A stretch of 64,000 bases of DNA from Pseudomonadota bacterium (GCA_040387875.1 JAZKCX010000039.1:2127-66126), one strand, 5' to 3'; positions 30,048-40,522 are shown, numbered from the stretch's first letter. The notes: generated by a model not told the origin, from the sequence alone. Numbers and translations are program-made.

Positions 30048-31124
30048 ATGATTTACCGCGAAAACGGCCAGTTCAAGACGTCCTACAAGGCCGACCAACA
30101 GATCTTCCCGATCACCCAGGACCGCTGGGCGATTTTGGCCCTCATAGCTTTTGCAGTGATCGGCGTGCCGTTTCTGGCCGACGAATACATGCTGCGCGCC
30201 ATCATCATTCCGTTTGTGATCCTGTCACTGGCGGCGCTGGGCGTGAACATTCTGGTGGGCTACTGCGGCCAGATTTCCGTGGGCTCCGGCGCTTTCATGG
30301 CGGTAGGGGCCTACGCGGCCTACAACTTCATGATTCGCATCGACGGCATGCCGCTGGTGCCCGCCCTGTTGTTGGGTGGCGTTGCCGCCACCGCGGTGGG
30401 CATGCTGTTCGGCATTCCCAGCCTGCGCGTCAAGGGGCTGTACCTGGCCATTGCCACGCTGGCGGCCCAGTTCTTCTGCGACTGGCTGTTCCTGCGCGTG
30501 AAGTGGTTCACCAACGACTCGTCTTCGGGAACCGCTTCGATTTCCAATCTGCAGGTGTTTGGCCTGCCGATTGAAACCCCGCTGAGCAAGTACCTGTTCT
30601 GCCTGGGCTTCCTGATTATTTTTGGTCTGCTCGCCAAGAACCTGGTCCGTAGCGCGATTGGCCGCGAATGGATGGCCATTCGCGACATGGACGTAGCGGC
30701 GGCCGTTATCGGCATTCGCCCGATGTACGCCAAGCTGTCGGCGTTTGCCGTGAGCTCCTTCATCGTCGGCGTAGCGGGCGGGCTGTGGGGCTTTGTGCAC
30801 CTAGGTTCGTGGGAGCCGGCGGCGTTCTCGGTGGACCGCTCCTTCCAGCTTTTGTTCATGGTCATCATCGGCGGTTTGGGCTCCATCATGGGCAGCTTCT
30901 TCGGCGCGGCTTTCATCGTGATCCTGCCGATTTTCCTGAACCAGTTCGTGCCGTTTCTCGGCGGCATCTTCGGCATCTCGGTGGACACCGCGACCGTATC
31001 GCACGTCGAGTTCATGGTCTTCGGCGCGCTGATCGTCTGGTTCCTGATCGTCGAGCCGCACGGCCTGGCGCGTCTGTGGAGCATGGGCAAACAGAAGTTG
31101 CGGCTGTGGCCATTCCCCCACTGA
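30048..31124 (+). CDS. branched-chain amino acid type ABC transporter permease (LivM-like)
   Basis: A polytopic protein with the YCGQISVGSGAFMAVGAY motif typical of LivM. Confidence 0.85.
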   Translation: MIYRENGQFKTSYKADQQIFPITQDRWAILALIAFAVIGVPFLADEYMLRAIIIPFVILSLAALGVNILVGYCGQISVGSGAFMAVGAYAAYNFMIRIDGMPLVPALLLGGVAATAVGMLFGIPSLRVKGLYLAIATLAAQFFCDWLFLRVKWFTNDSSSGTASISNLQVFGLPIETPLSKYLFCLGFLIIFGLLAKNLVRSAIGREWMAIRDMDVAAAVIGIRPMYAKLSAFAVSSFIVGVAGGLWGFVHLGSWEPAAFSVDRSFQLLFMVIIGGLGSIMGSFFGAAFIVILPIFLNQFVPFLGGIFGISVDTATVSHVEFMVFGALIVWFLIVEPHGLARLWSMGKQKLRLWPFPH

Positions 31125-31248
31125 CGGCGGTGGATTCAAACGGTTGACAGGATTTCTAATCGCTAGTACCTAGTTGCAAGTACTAATGACTTTTTAAGCG
31201 GCAACGGTTGTACTCAAACGCTTTTTTCATTTTTTCAAGGAGAGTCTC

Positions 31249-32586
31249 ATGAAGCTTCGCAATCTCGTTCTGGCGGTAACCATCGCCGCCGCCGGCGCCT
31301 CGTCGGTGTTGGTGGCATCGACTGCATTCGCCCAGTCCAAAGAGCAGTTTTTCCCGGTGCTCGCTTACCGTACCGGCGCTTACGCTGCCAACGGCATTCC
31401 GTTCGCCAACGGCTATGTCGATTACCTCAAACTGGCTTCCGCCAAGAATGAACTCAACGGCGTCAAGATCAGCTACGAAGAATGTGAAACCGGCTACGCC
31501 ACCGACCGCGGTGTCGAATGCTACGAACGCCTGAAGGGCAAAAACGGTGGTGCCACCACGTTCCAGCCGCTGTCCACCGGCATCACCTTCGCGCTGACCG
31601 AAAAAGCCCCCATCGACAAGATCCCACTGATCACTGCAGGCTACGGCCGCAGCGAATCGGCTGACGGTGGTGTGTTCAAGTGGAACTTCCCATTGACCGG
31701 CACCTATTGGGTGGCCGCTGACGTGCTGGTGCAGCACATCGCCAAAAAAGAAGGCGGCGCGGACAAGCTCAAGGGCAAGAAAATCGCTCTGGTCTACCAC
31801 GACAGCCCCTATGGCAAGGAACCCATCGCGCTGCTGCAGGAACATGCCCGCAGCTACGGTTTCGAGCTGAGCCTGCTGCCTGTCACGCACCCCGGTGTCG
31901 AGCAGAAGGCGACCTGGCTGCAAGTGCGCCAGAACAAGCCCGACTATGTTTTCCTGTGGGGCTGGGGTGTGATGAACTCCACCGCCATCAAGGAAGCGCA
32001 AGCCACCGGCTACCCGCGCGAGAAGATGTACGGCGTGTGGTGGGCAGGTGCCGAGCCTGACGTCCGCGACGTTGGCGACGCATCCAAGGGCTACAACGCG
32101 CTGGCTCTGCAGCACGGCCCGGCCTATGAAGCCAAGGTGGTGAAAGACATCCGCGCCATGGTGCACGACAAAGGCCAGGGCACCGGACCCAAAGACGAAG
32201 TCGGCCAGGTGCTGTACATGCGTGGCGTGTTCGCTGCCTACCTCGCGGTCGAAGGCGTCAAACGCGCCCAGGAACGTTATGGCAAGGGCAAAAACATGAC
32301 CGGCGAGCAAGTGCGCTGGGGTCTGGAAAACCTGGCACTCGACCAGAAGAAAATTGACGCTGCCGGTTTTGCGGGCGTGCTCAAGCCCATCAGCACTTCG
32401 TGCAAGGACCACATGGGCGCTGCATGGGCCCGCGTACAGACCTGGGACGGAAAGAACTGGAACTTCACTTCCGACTGGTACCAGGGCGATGACCAGGTCA
32501 TCAACCCCATGGTCAAGGCTGCTGCCGACAAGTACGCCGCAGAAAAGAAGATCACCCGCCGCACCGCCGCGGACTGCCAGTCCTGA
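31249..32586 (+). CDS. ABC transporter substrate-binding protein (LivK/Leu-Ile-Val-binding family)
   Basis: A signal peptide ends in AFAQ. The product is a 445 aa periplasmic type-I binding protein encoded inside the ABC operon. Confidence 0.85.
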   Translation: MKLRNLVLAVTIAAAGASSVLVASTAFAQSKEQFFPVLAYRTGAYAANGIPFANGYVDYLKLASAKNELNGVKISYEECETGYATDRGVECYERLKGKNGGATTFQPLSTGITFALTEKAPIDKIPLITAGYGRSESADGGVFKWNFPLTGTYWVAADVLVQHIAKKEGGADKLKGKKIALVYHDSPYGKEPIALLQEHARSYGFELSLLPVTHPGVEQKATWLQVRQNKPDYVFLWGWGVMNSTAIKEAQATGYPREKMYGVWWAGAEPDVRDVGDASKGYNALALQHGPAYEAKVVKDIRAMVHDKGQGTGPKDEVGQVLYMRGVFAAYLAVEGVKRAQERYGKGKNMTGEQVRWGLENLALDQKKIDAAGFAGVLKPISTSCKDHMGAAWARVQTWDGKNWNFTSDWYQGDDQVINPMVKAAADKYAAEKKITRRTAADCQS

Positions 32587-32602
32587 TCGTTTCTCCCAAA
32601 GC

Positions 32603-32682
32603 CCGTCTGCCCTGCAAAGGGCAGACGGCCGGGGCTCCGCGAGGAGTCCTCGCCACAGCGCCGCGTGCGGCGTTGTGGCGAG
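32603..32682 (+). other. two intercistronic GC-rich hairpins downstream of the binding-protein gene
   Basis: Hairpin 1 is CCGTCTGCCC / GGGCAGACGG (32603-32628). Hairpin 2 is CTCGCCACA / TGTGGCGAG (32649-32682). Neither is followed by a T-run, so they look like mRNA-stabilising or attenuating structures. Confidence 0.35.
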
Positions 32683-32700
32683 CCTAAAGACCTACTACCC

Positions 32701-33510
32701 ATGACAGCACCAAACATTGTTCTCAACGTCAACGGCATCGAGGTGATCTACAACCATGTGATCCTCGTGCTCAAAGGCGTATCCCTGACCGTGCCCGAAG
32801 GCGGCATTGTGGCCATTCTGGGCGGCAATGGCGCGGGTAAAACCACCACCCTGCGCGCGGTATCCAACCTGCTCAAAGGCGAGCGCGGCGAAGTCACCAA
32901 GGGCTCCATCGAGCTCAAGGGCGAACGCATCGAAAACCTTTCGCCTGCCGATCTGGTGCAGCGGGGCGTGGTGCAGGTCATGGAAGGTCGCCATTGTTTT
33001 GCCCACCTGACCATTGAAGAGAACTTGCTCACCGGCGCCTACACCCGCACCAGCAAAGGCGAAATCGCCGCCAACCTGGACAAGGTCTACAACTATTTTC
33101 CGCGCCTGAAGACACGCAAGTCTTCGCAGGCTGCCTACACCTCTGGCGGCGAGCAGCAGATGTGCGCCATTGGCCGCGCGCTGATGGCCAACCCCAGCAT
33201 GGTGCTGCTTGACGAGCCTTCCATGGGCCTGGCACCGCAAATCGTGGAAGAAGTGTTTGAGATCGTAAAAGACCTCAACGCCAAGGAAAAAGTGACCTTT
33301 CTGCTGGCCGAACAGAACACCAACATGGCGTTGCGCTATGCCGACTACGGCTACATCATGGAGTCGGGCCGTGTGGTGATGGACGGCGCCGCCAAAGAAC
33401 TGGCCAGCAACGAAGACGTGAAAGAGTTCTACCTGGGAATGGGCGGCGGCGAGCGCAAGTCGTTCAAGGACGTCAAGAGCTACAAACGCCGCAAACGTTG
33501 GCTGGCTTGA
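32701..33510 (+). CDS. ABC transporter ATP-binding protein (LivF-like)
   Basis: Walker A GGNGAGKTT, signature TSGGEQQM and Walker B MVLLDEPSMGLAP are present. I chose the ATG at 32701. Confidence 0.85.
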   Translation: MTAPNIVLNVNGIEVIYNHVILVLKGVSLTVPEGGIVAILGGNGAGKTTTLRAVSNLLKGERGEVTKGSIELKGERIENLSPADLVQRGVVQVMEGRHCFAHLTIEENLLTGAYTRTSKGEIAANLDKVYNYFPRLKTRKSSQAAYTSGGEQQMCAIGRALMANPSMVLLDEPSMGLAPQIVEEVFEIVKDLNAKEKVTFLLAEQNTNMALRYADYGYIMESGRVVMDGAAKELASNEDVKEFYLGMGGGERKSFKDVKSYKRRKRWLA

Positions 33511-33523
33511 GAGAAGCATTGCC

Positions 33524-34771
33524 ATGAACGATTTTTTCGATCCTCTCGAAACGCGCAGCCCCGCCGAACGAGAAGCCGCGCTGCTGGCAGCGCTGCCCTC
33601 GCACATCACCTTTGCCAAGGAAAATTCACAGGCTTTCGGTCGCCTGTTTGCCGATGTGGACCCCCAGGCAGTGACCAGCCGCGAAGCGCTCGCCAAGCTG
33701 CCAGTGACCCGTAAATACGAATTGCTTGACCTGCAGAAGCAGCACCGTGCCACCGATATTTTTGGCGGCTTTGCCACGGTGGTCTACGGCGCCGGTATGC
33801 CGCGCATCTTTGCCAGCCCCGGTACGCTGTACGAGCCCGAAGGCCACCGCGAGGATTACTGGCGCGCCGCCCGTGCGCTGTTCGCGGCGGGTTTCCGTCC
33901 GGGCGAGTTGCTGCACAACTGTTTCAGCTACCACTTCGTACCCGCTGGCTCCATGATGGAGACCGGCGCCCACTACCTGGGCTGTACCGTGTTCCCCGGC
34001 GGTACCGGCCAGACCGAGCAGCAGGTCCAGGCCATGTCCGAACTCAAGCCTTCGGGTTATGCCGGCACACCCAGCTTTCTGAAAATCATTCTGGAAAAAG
34101 CGGCCGAGATGGGCGTAGCCCTGCCCAGCCTGAAGAAGGCGCTGGTGTCCGGCGAGGCCTGCCCGCCCAGCCTGCGCGACTGGTTCAGCGCCCACAACGT
34201 CGATGCCTACCAGTGCTACGCCACCGCCGACCTGGGCCTGATTGCCTACGAAACCAGCGCCCGCGAAGGCCTGGTGCTCGACGAACAGGTGCTGGTGGAA
34301 ATTGTGCGTCCCGGTACCGGCGATCCGGTGCCCGAGGGCGAGGTGGGCGAGCTGGTGGTGACCACCTTCAACCGCGACTACCCATTAATTCGTTTTGGCA
34401 CCGGCGACCTGTCTGCAGTGCTGGCTGGCCACTGCCCCACGGGCCGCACCAATACCCGCATCAAGGGCTGGATGGGCCGGGCCGACCAGACCACCAAGAT
34501 CCGCGGCATGTTTGTGCACCCCGGCCAGGTGGCCGATATTGCCAGGCGTTTTCCTGAAGTCGTCAAGGCGCGGCTGGTTGTCACAGGCGAGATGGCCAAC
34601 GACAGCATGACGCTCAAGGTCGAGTCTGCCAACGGCAGCCAGGACCTGCAAACCCGCCTGGGTGAGGCCATTCGCGATGTGACCAAGCTGCGCGGCACGG
34701 TCGAGATGGTGACGCCGGGCAGCCTGCCGAACGACGGCAAGGTCATCGAAGACGCACGCAGCTACAAATAA
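33524..34771 (+). CDS. phenylacetate-CoA ligase family protein (PaaK-like adenylating enzyme)
   Basis: The 415 aa length and PaaK-like blocks fit this family (SSGTTG replaced by FASPGT, YGAGMPRIF, GWMGRADQTTKIRGMFVHP). Confidence 0.8.
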   Translation: MNDFFDPLETRSPAEREAALLAALPSHITFAKENSQAFGRLFADVDPQAVTSREALAKLPVTRKYELLDLQKQHRATDIFGGFATVVYGAGMPRIFASPGTLYEPEGHREDYWRAARALFAAGFRPGELLHNCFSYHFVPAGSMMETGAHYLGCTVFPGGTGQTEQQVQAMSELKPSGYAGTPSFLKIILEKAAEMGVALPSLKKALVSGEACPPSLRDWFSAHNVDAYQCYATADLGLIAYETSAREGLVLDEQVLVEIVRPGTGDPVPEGEVGELVVTTFNRDYPLIRFGTGDLSAVLAGHCPTGRTNTRIKGWMGRADQTTKIRGMFVHPGQVADIARRFPEVVKARLVVTGEMANDSMTLKVESANGSQDLQTRLGEAIRDVTKLRGTVEMVTPGSLPNDGKVIEDARSYK

Positions 34772-34894
34772 CCCTGCGCGCAGGTATTGCACCTGCGCGA
34801 CAGGGCATTGGTAGTTCCCGTAGTGCGCAGGGCGGGGATGGTGGCTAACATCAGGCCACTCATCCCAACTTCCCGTTTCTCAGGAGTCTTCCCC

Positions 34895-35875
34895 ATGCGC
34901 TTTACCCTTTCTCTGGTTGCCGGCTGTCTGGCAGCTTTTTCTGCCGTCTCTGCAGACTTTCCCATCAAGGACAAGGTCATCACCATTGTGGTGCCGTTCA
35001 GCGCCGGTGGCCCAACCGACCGCGTAGCGCGCGACCTTGCCGAAGCTCTGCGCAAGCCGCTGGGTGGCGTCAGTGTGGTGGTCGACAACGCGGCAGGTGC
35101 GGGCGGCTCGATTGGCGCCAACAAGGTGGCCAAGGCCACGCCCGACGGTCACACCATCCTGCTGCACCACATCGGCATGTCGACCATGCCCACGCTGGTA
35201 CGCAACATTCCGTTCAAGGTGGAGAGCGACTTTGAATACCTTGGCATGGTCAACGATGTGCCCATGACGCTGATTGCCAAACCCAGCATGGCCGCCACCA
35301 ATTTCAAGGAACTGTCGGCCTGGATGACGCAGAACAAGGGCAAGATCAACCTGGGCAACGCTGGCATTGGTTCGGCCTCGCATCTGTGTGGCCTGCTGTT
35401 CCAGAACGCACTGCAGAACGAAATGACCACCGTCCCCTACAAAGGCACGGCGCCGGCCATGACCGACCTGATTGGTGGCCAGATTGACTTGATGTGCGAC
35501 CAGACCACCAACACCAGCACACAGATCGAGGCCAAAAAGGTCAAGGCCTATGCCGTCACCACCCTGAAGCGCCTGAGCACGCCCGCGCTGAAAGACATTC
35601 CGACCATGGACGAGTCGGGCCTGAAGAACTTCCAGGTCACCATCTGGCACGGTCTGTACGCGCCCAAGGGCACCCCCGCCGACGTGACGACCAAGCTCAA
35701 CGACGCGCTGAAGGTCGCCCTGAAAGATCCTGAGTTCATCAAGAAGCAGGAAGGCCTGGGCGCCGTCGTGGTGACCGACAAACGCATGGAGCAGGCGGAG
35801 CACAAGAAATTTGTGGCCGCCGAAATCGCCAAGTGGAGCCCGGTAATCAAGGCCGCTGGCGTTTACGCAGACTAA
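34895..35875 (+). CDS. Bug-family (TctC-like) tripartite tricarboxylate transporter substrate-binding protein
   Basis: A signal peptide and the Bug-family blocks VVPFSAGGPTD, VVDNAAGAGG, VPYKGTAPAMTDLIGGQID and GLYAPKGTP are present. Confidence 0.85.
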   Translation: MRFTLSLVAGCLAAFSAVSADFPIKDKVITIVVPFSAGGPTDRVARDLAEALRKPLGGVSVVVDNAAGAGGSIGANKVAKATPDGHTILLHHIGMSTMPTLVRNIPFKVESDFEYLGMVNDVPMTLIAKPSMAATNFKELSAWMTQNKGKINLGNAGIGSASHLCGLLFQNALQNEMTTVPYKGTAPAMTDLIGGQIDLMCDQTTNTSTQIEAKKVKAYAVTTLKRLSTPALKDIPTMDESGLKNFQVTIWHGLYAPKGTPADVTTKLNDALKVALKDPEFIKKQEGLGAVVVTDKRMEQAEHKKFVAAEIAKWSPVIKAAGVYAD

Positions 35876-35904
35876 AGCCCGAGGCGGCGCTGGCCGCCCT
35901 CAGC

Positions 35905-36222
35905 TCAAACGCCCCAGACAATTTCCTTGTCTTCTTTTTCGCAGCGTTTGAGCATGGCCACAAAGGGTGCTGCGCGCTGGCGCAGCGACACAGCCTCGGG
36001 TTTGGCAGCATCCCGGGGCTGTTCTTTTTTCAAGGCCTCGGCCCGGGCTTGCTCGTCGCTGGCAATCGCAGCTTCCAGGGCAGCGGCAGCAGCGGCCATT
36101 TCTTCGGGCAGGATGATGCCCTTGGGGCCTGCATCCTTGCCGATAAGCTGCAAAACCTGGCGGCCGTTGGGCTCCAGCATGATCAGGTCGCCAGCGGCAG
36201 CAGATTTGAATTTATAAAGCAT
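35905..36222 (-). CDS. DUF1840-like small protein
   Basis: The MLYKFKSAAAGDLIMLEPNG N-terminus is what I associate with DUF1840. I chose the internal ATG at 36222, giving 105 aa. Confidence 0.55.
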   Translation of the reverse strand: MLYKFKSAAAGDLIMLEPNGRQVLQLIGKDAGPKGIILPEEMAAAAAALEAAIASDEQARAEALKKEQPRDAAKPEAVSLRQRAAPFVAMLKRCEKEDKEIVWGV

Positions 36223-36337
36223 CGTGAACCGCGAAAAATGAACAGAAGCGCCCATTGTGCGCCAGCCCATCCAGCCGCCACCCCGGGAAAAGTCGCCAAC
36301 AGGGTGTAAGGAAAAATCGATGCTGCGCACCTTGACC

Positions 36338-36922
36338 TCAGGCCGGCGCGCACACCACCACAGCCCCGGCATGCAGCATGCCGCCGCGCAGCACACGGGC
36401 CGTGAGCCCACCGTGGCCGCGCAGCGCGTTGTAGGCGCCTGTGCCCAGCACCTCCTCCATGCGCGAGCAAGGCTCGCAGGGGCCCGAGACTTCGAGCACC
36501 ACATCACCAATGCGCAGCACCAGGGGCTGGTCCCTGAACAGGCTGCGGGCAGCGATCAGATTGAGGCCAGAGACGACCAGGTTGCGCCGCAACAGCGCAG
36601 GGTCGATGCTGGTTTGGCCCATGAGTGCGGCGACGACCGCCAGGTGCTCGGCCTGCAGCAAACTCACCTGGCGCTTGTGGCCGCCCGCCGTGGGCGCCGG
36701 CCCCAGCGCGCTGCGGTCACCCGCCAATCCGCTGTCGGCAATGGCCAGCGCCTCTGGCACCTTGAGCACCGCCACCCTGCGTGCGGGCCGCAAAAAAATG
36801 GCCTCCATCCGGCCCGGCCACGGAAACTGGCGGCTCAGTGCGCGCAGGTCGTTGGCGCCTGCGGACAGCATGGTGGGCTGGGTCTCTGGCAGGGGCGGCG
36901 CAGTGCAGTAGCCGCCACCCAC
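36338..36922 (-). CDS. MOSC domain-containing protein
   Basis: The block GDVVLEVSGPCEPCSRME carries the conserved MOSC Cys. An alternative ATG lies at 36871. Confidence 0.7.
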   Translation of the reverse strand: MGGGYCTAPPLPETQPTMLSAGANDLRALSRQFPWPGRMEAIFLRPARRVAVLKVPEALAIADSGLAGDRSALGPAPTAGGHKRQVSLLQAEHLAVVAALMGQTSIDPALLRRNLVVSGLNLIAARSLFRDQPLVLRIGDVVLEVSGPCEPCSRMEEVLGTGAYNALRGHGGLTARVLRGGMLHAGAVVVCAPA

Positions 36923-36925
36923 ACG

Positions 36926-37279
36926 TCAGGAATTCTTCTGCTCGGGCGCGTCCAGCGCGGGCATTTCGGCGGGCTCGCCGTCCTCGTCCGTGGTCTCGAC
37001 CGCATCCAGAAATTCGCTCTGAAACACTTCGAAGAGGCGCGAAAAAGCCTCTTGGGGATCCTTGCCCTGGCGTTCGTAAGCGCCCGCAATATCGCGTGCC
37101 ACGCCTGCCAGTAACAGGCCCCAGGTGCCTGGGTCTTCCCACAGCATCTTGAGTTTGGACTGCTGCGCTTGGTTGGAGCCTACCCATACGCGCAAGACCT
37201 CTACCGCACCTTCTTCGATGGCCAGCGGCGGAGGTGGAATTTCTGCCAGATCTGTCAAGGGGGCTGCTTCATCCGTCAT
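36926..37279 (-). CDS. hypothetical protein (DUF5076-like)
   Basis: VEVLRVWV......WEDPGTWGLLLAGVARDIAGAY resembles DUF5076 as I recall it. The tail is acidic. Confidence 0.45.
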   Translation of the reverse strand: MTDEAAPLTDLAEIPPPPLAIEEGAVEVLRVWVGSNQAQQSKLKMLWEDPGTWGLLLAGVARDIAGAYERQGKDPQEAFSRLFEVFQSEFLDAVETTDEDGEPAEMPALDAPEQKNS

Positions 37280-37403
37280 GGGAGACTCCTGGTATCGGTG
37301 GTTGCTGGGGCACCGGCCGCCAAGGCTGCGGTGCTACCCCACAATTATTGCAGCCTGTGTGACTCTCGTGGTTAACCCGGAGCCAGCCTGGCCGGACCGA
37401 TTT

Positions 37404-40400
37404 TCAGGTGGGCAGTGCCGCCGGTTGGGCCTGACCGCGCCCGCGCAAACGGCGCACCGTGCGGCCCAGCCAATGCTCCAGATCATCGATATAGGTAAAC
37501 ACCGCCGGCACCACCAAAAGGCTCAGCAGTGTAGAGGTGATCAGCCCGCCAATCACCGCAATCGCCATCGGCGAGCGAAAGCTCGGGTCGGCGCCCCAGC
37601 CCAGAGCCAGCGGCATCATGCCGGCGCCCATGGCGATGGTGGTCATGATGATGGGCCGGCTACGCTTGTGGCAGGCATCCACCAAGGCATCAAAGCGGTT
37701 CATGCCAGCCTGGCGCGCAAGAATGGCGTAGTCCACCAGCAGAATGGAGTTTTTGGTAACGATGCCCATCAGCATGATGAGGCCGATCATTGACGGCATC
37801 GACAACGCCTGTCCGGTGACCAAGAGCGCCACAAAAGCGCCGCCAATCGACAGCGGCAGCGCGGCAAGAATCGTGACCGGCTGCATGAAGTCCTTGAACA
37901 GCAACACCAGCACCCCGTAGATGCAGAGCACGCCAATCAGCATGGCTATACCAAAGCTGGCAAAAAGCGCCTGCATTTCCTGTGCGTCGCCCAGCTCGGC
38001 AATCTGCACTGCGGCCGGCAGGCCTTTCATGGAGGGCAGCGCGCGCGCCTCGGCGTTGAGCTCGCCCAGCGTGCGCGAGCCCAGCTCCACATCGAGCGTG
38101 ACGTTGCGGCTGCGATTCAGCCGGTCGATTTGTGCCGGCCCGCTTTCCATGCTGATGCTGGCAACGTTGCCCAGCAGTACGGGACCGTTTTTGCCGGGCA
38201 CCGTCAGGCGTTCGATGGCAGCCAGATCGGCCCGCACCGCATCCGGCAGCTTGACGCGGATCGGCACCTGGCGTTCGCTCAGGTTGAGTTTGGTGAGCGC
38301 GGTGTCGTAGTCGCCGGCAGTAGCCACCCGCACGGTCTCGGCAATGCTGGCGGCGGTCACGCCCAGGTCGGCGGCGCGGGCAAAGTCGGGCCGCACAATG
38401 ATTTCGGGCCGCACCAGCGAAGCACTGGAGCTGACGTTGCCAATACCCTGCAGCGTGCGCAGTTCACGCTCGACCTTTTGTGCGGCGGCATTGAGTGCCA
38501 CCGGGTCTTCGCTGCGCAGCACCAGCTGCATCTTCACGCCGGTGTCGGGCGGGCCCACGTTGAAACGGGCACCGGGAATATCGGAGAGCTTCTGGCGAAT
38601 CTGCGACTCGATTTCCCCCAGCGACTCCGACCGGTCGGTGCGGTGCACCGTGGTAAGCGTGAGCACGGCACGGCGTGCTTCGGCTGCGGCGCCGGGCGCA
38701 AAAGCATCGCCGCTGGAGCCGCCGCCCACCGAGCTGAAAACACCGGTGATGCCTTTCACGCCCGTGGCCGCCACGCGGGCCCGCTCGGCGACGCCCAGGG
38801 TTTCGGCCAGCGTGCTACCAGGCGGCAGTTCAATGTTGATCTGCGTCTGCGCGCGGTCCGCGGCCGGCACGAACCCCGTGGGTAGCAGGCCCACCAGGGC
38901 GATCGAGCCAATAAAAAACAGCGCCGACGCAATAGCGGTAAACAGCCGGTGCCGCAGGCACCACTGCATGGTGGTCATGTAGCGCTGCATGATCCAGCCG
39001 TCTTTCTGCTCAGTCTCCTGGGTTGGCTTGAGCAGATAGGCCGCCATCATCGGCGTGAGCAGCCGCGCCACCATCAGCGAAGCCAGAATCGCCAGCACAG
39101 CCGTCCAGCCGAACTGCTTGAAAAACAGCCCCGGAACACCGCCCATGAAGGCGGTGGGCAAAAACACCGCCACCAGCGCAAAAGTGGTGGCAATCACCGC
39201 CATGCCAATCTCGTCGGCCGCTTCCATCGCGGCCTGCATCGGTGTTTTGCCCATACGCAGATGGCGCGCGATGTTTTCGATTTCCACAATCGCATCGTCC
39301 ACCAGCACGCCGACCACCAGCGCCAGCGACAGCAGCGTTACGGTGTTGAGCGTGTAGCCAAAATATTTGAGGCCGAGGAAGGTGGGGATGACCGACAGCG
39401 GCAGCGCGGCAGCGGCTACCAGTGTGGCGCGCCAGTCGCGCAGAAACCACCAGACCACCAGCACCGCCAGGAAAGCGCCTTCGTAGAGCAGCTCCATGGA
39501 GCCCTCAAAGTTTTCTTCTACCGGGAAAGCGTTGTCAATGGCCTGGTTGATGGTGACATTGGGGTTGCCAGCCTTCAGTTCCTCCACCGCTGCGCGCACG
39601 CCTTTGGCGACATCGACCTCGCTCGCGCCCTTGGTACGGAATACCTCAAAACCCACCACCGGCTTGCCGTCCTGCAGCGCCACCGCGCGCGACTCGGCCA
39701 CGCCGTCGGTAATCGTTGCTACCTGGTCAAGCCGGATGTGCCGGCCGTCGGCCAGTGGTAGGTCCACCAGCGCCAGCTCGGCGGCGGTCTTGACGGTGGC
39801 AATGGTGCGCACCGACTGCTCGGCACCGCCCACATCGCCACGGCCGCCGGGTGCCTCTTGCTGCACCAGCTTGAGCCGGCGCGAGACATCCACGGCTGCG
39901 ACATTGAGCGCGGCCATCTTGGCGGCGTCCAGCTCGACGCGCACCTCGCGGCTGGCCCCGCCCATGCGCTTGACCGCGCCCACGCCCGGCACATTCAGCA
40001 GGCGTTTGGCCACGGTGTTGTCGACAAACCAGCTCAGCTCCTGGGTATCGAGCTTGCCGGCGCTGCCATTGGCTCCCACGGTGGCAGCGGCAGTAAAGGT
40101 GAGTACCACCCGGCCGGCAGTGGAGGCCTTGGTCACGGTGGGGTCGCGCAGCTCGCTGGGCAGGTCGGCCCGCACGCGGGCCACGGCGTCGCGCACGTCG
40201 TTCACCGCTTCGGAAATGTTCTTCTCCAGAACAAACTCCACCGTGATGGCGACCTCGCCGTCGAGCACTTTGCTGTAGAGGTTTTTCACACCCTGCAGCG
40301 TGGCCACCGAATCTTCGATTTTGCGCGCCACCTCGGTTTCGAGTTGCGCAGGCGCCGCGCCCGGCAGCGAGGCGCTGACGGTGACGATGGGCAGCTCGAT

Positions 40401-40517
40401 GTCGGGGAAGTCCTGCACTGCGTTGGACTTGAAGGCCAGCAGCCCGGCCAGCGTCAGCAGCACAAACAGCATGATCGCCGGGATGGGGTTGCGAATCGAC
40501 AGCGCAGAAAAGTTCAT
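37404..40517 (-). CDS. RND efflux transporter permease (AcrB/HAE1 family)
   Basis: A 1037 aa protein with the canonical N-terminus MNFSALSIRNPIPAIMLFVLL, 12 TM helices and two large periplasmic loops. Confidence 0.95.
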   Translation of the reverse strand: MNFSALSIRNPIPAIMLFVLLTLAGLLAFKSNAVQDFPDIELPIVTVSASLPGAAPAQLETEVARKIEDSVATLQGVKNLYSKVLDGEVAITVEFVLEKNISEAVNDVRDAVARVRADLPSELRDPTVTKASTAGRVVLTFTAAATVGANGSAGKLDTQELSWFVDNTVAKRLLNVPGVGAVKRMGGASREVRVELDAAKMAALNVAAVDVSRRLKLVQQEAPGGRGDVGGAEQSVRTIATVKTAAELALVDLPLADGRHIRLDQVATITDGVAESRAVALQDGKPVVGFEVFRTKGASEVDVAKGVRAAVEELKAGNPNVTINQAIDNAFPVEENFEGSMELLYEGAFLAVLVVWWFLRDWRATLVAAAALPLSVIPTFLGLKYFGYTLNTVTLLSLALVVGVLVDDAIVEIENIARHLRMGKTPMQAAMEAADEIGMAVIATTFALVAVFLPTAFMGGVPGLFFKQFGWTAVLAILASLMVARLLTPMMAAYLLKPTQETEQKDGWIMQRYMTTMQWCLRHRLFTAIASALFFIGSIALVGLLPTGFVPAADRAQTQINIELPPGSTLAETLGVAERARVAATGVKGITGVFSSVGGGSSGDAFAPGAAAEARRAVLTLTTVHRTDRSESLGEIESQIRQKLSDIPGARFNVGPPDTGVKMQLVLRSEDPVALNAAAQKVERELRTLQGIGNVSSSASLVRPEIIVRPDFARAADLGVTAASIAETVRVATAGDYDTALTKLNLSERQVPIRVKLPDAVRADLAAIERLTVPGKNGPVLLGNVASISMESGPAQIDRLNRSRNVTLDVELGSRTLGELNAEARALPSMKGLPAAVQIAELGDAQEMQALFASFGIAMLIGVLCIYGVLVLLFKDFMQPVTILAALPLSIGGAFVALLVTGQALSMPSMIGLIMLMGIVTKNSILLVDYAILARQAGMNRFDALVDACHKRSRPIIMTTIAMGAGMMPLALGWGADPSFRSPMAIAVIGGLITSTLLSLLVVPAVFTYIDDLEHWLGRTVRRLRGRGQAQPAALPT

Positions 40518-40522
40518 GCGGC

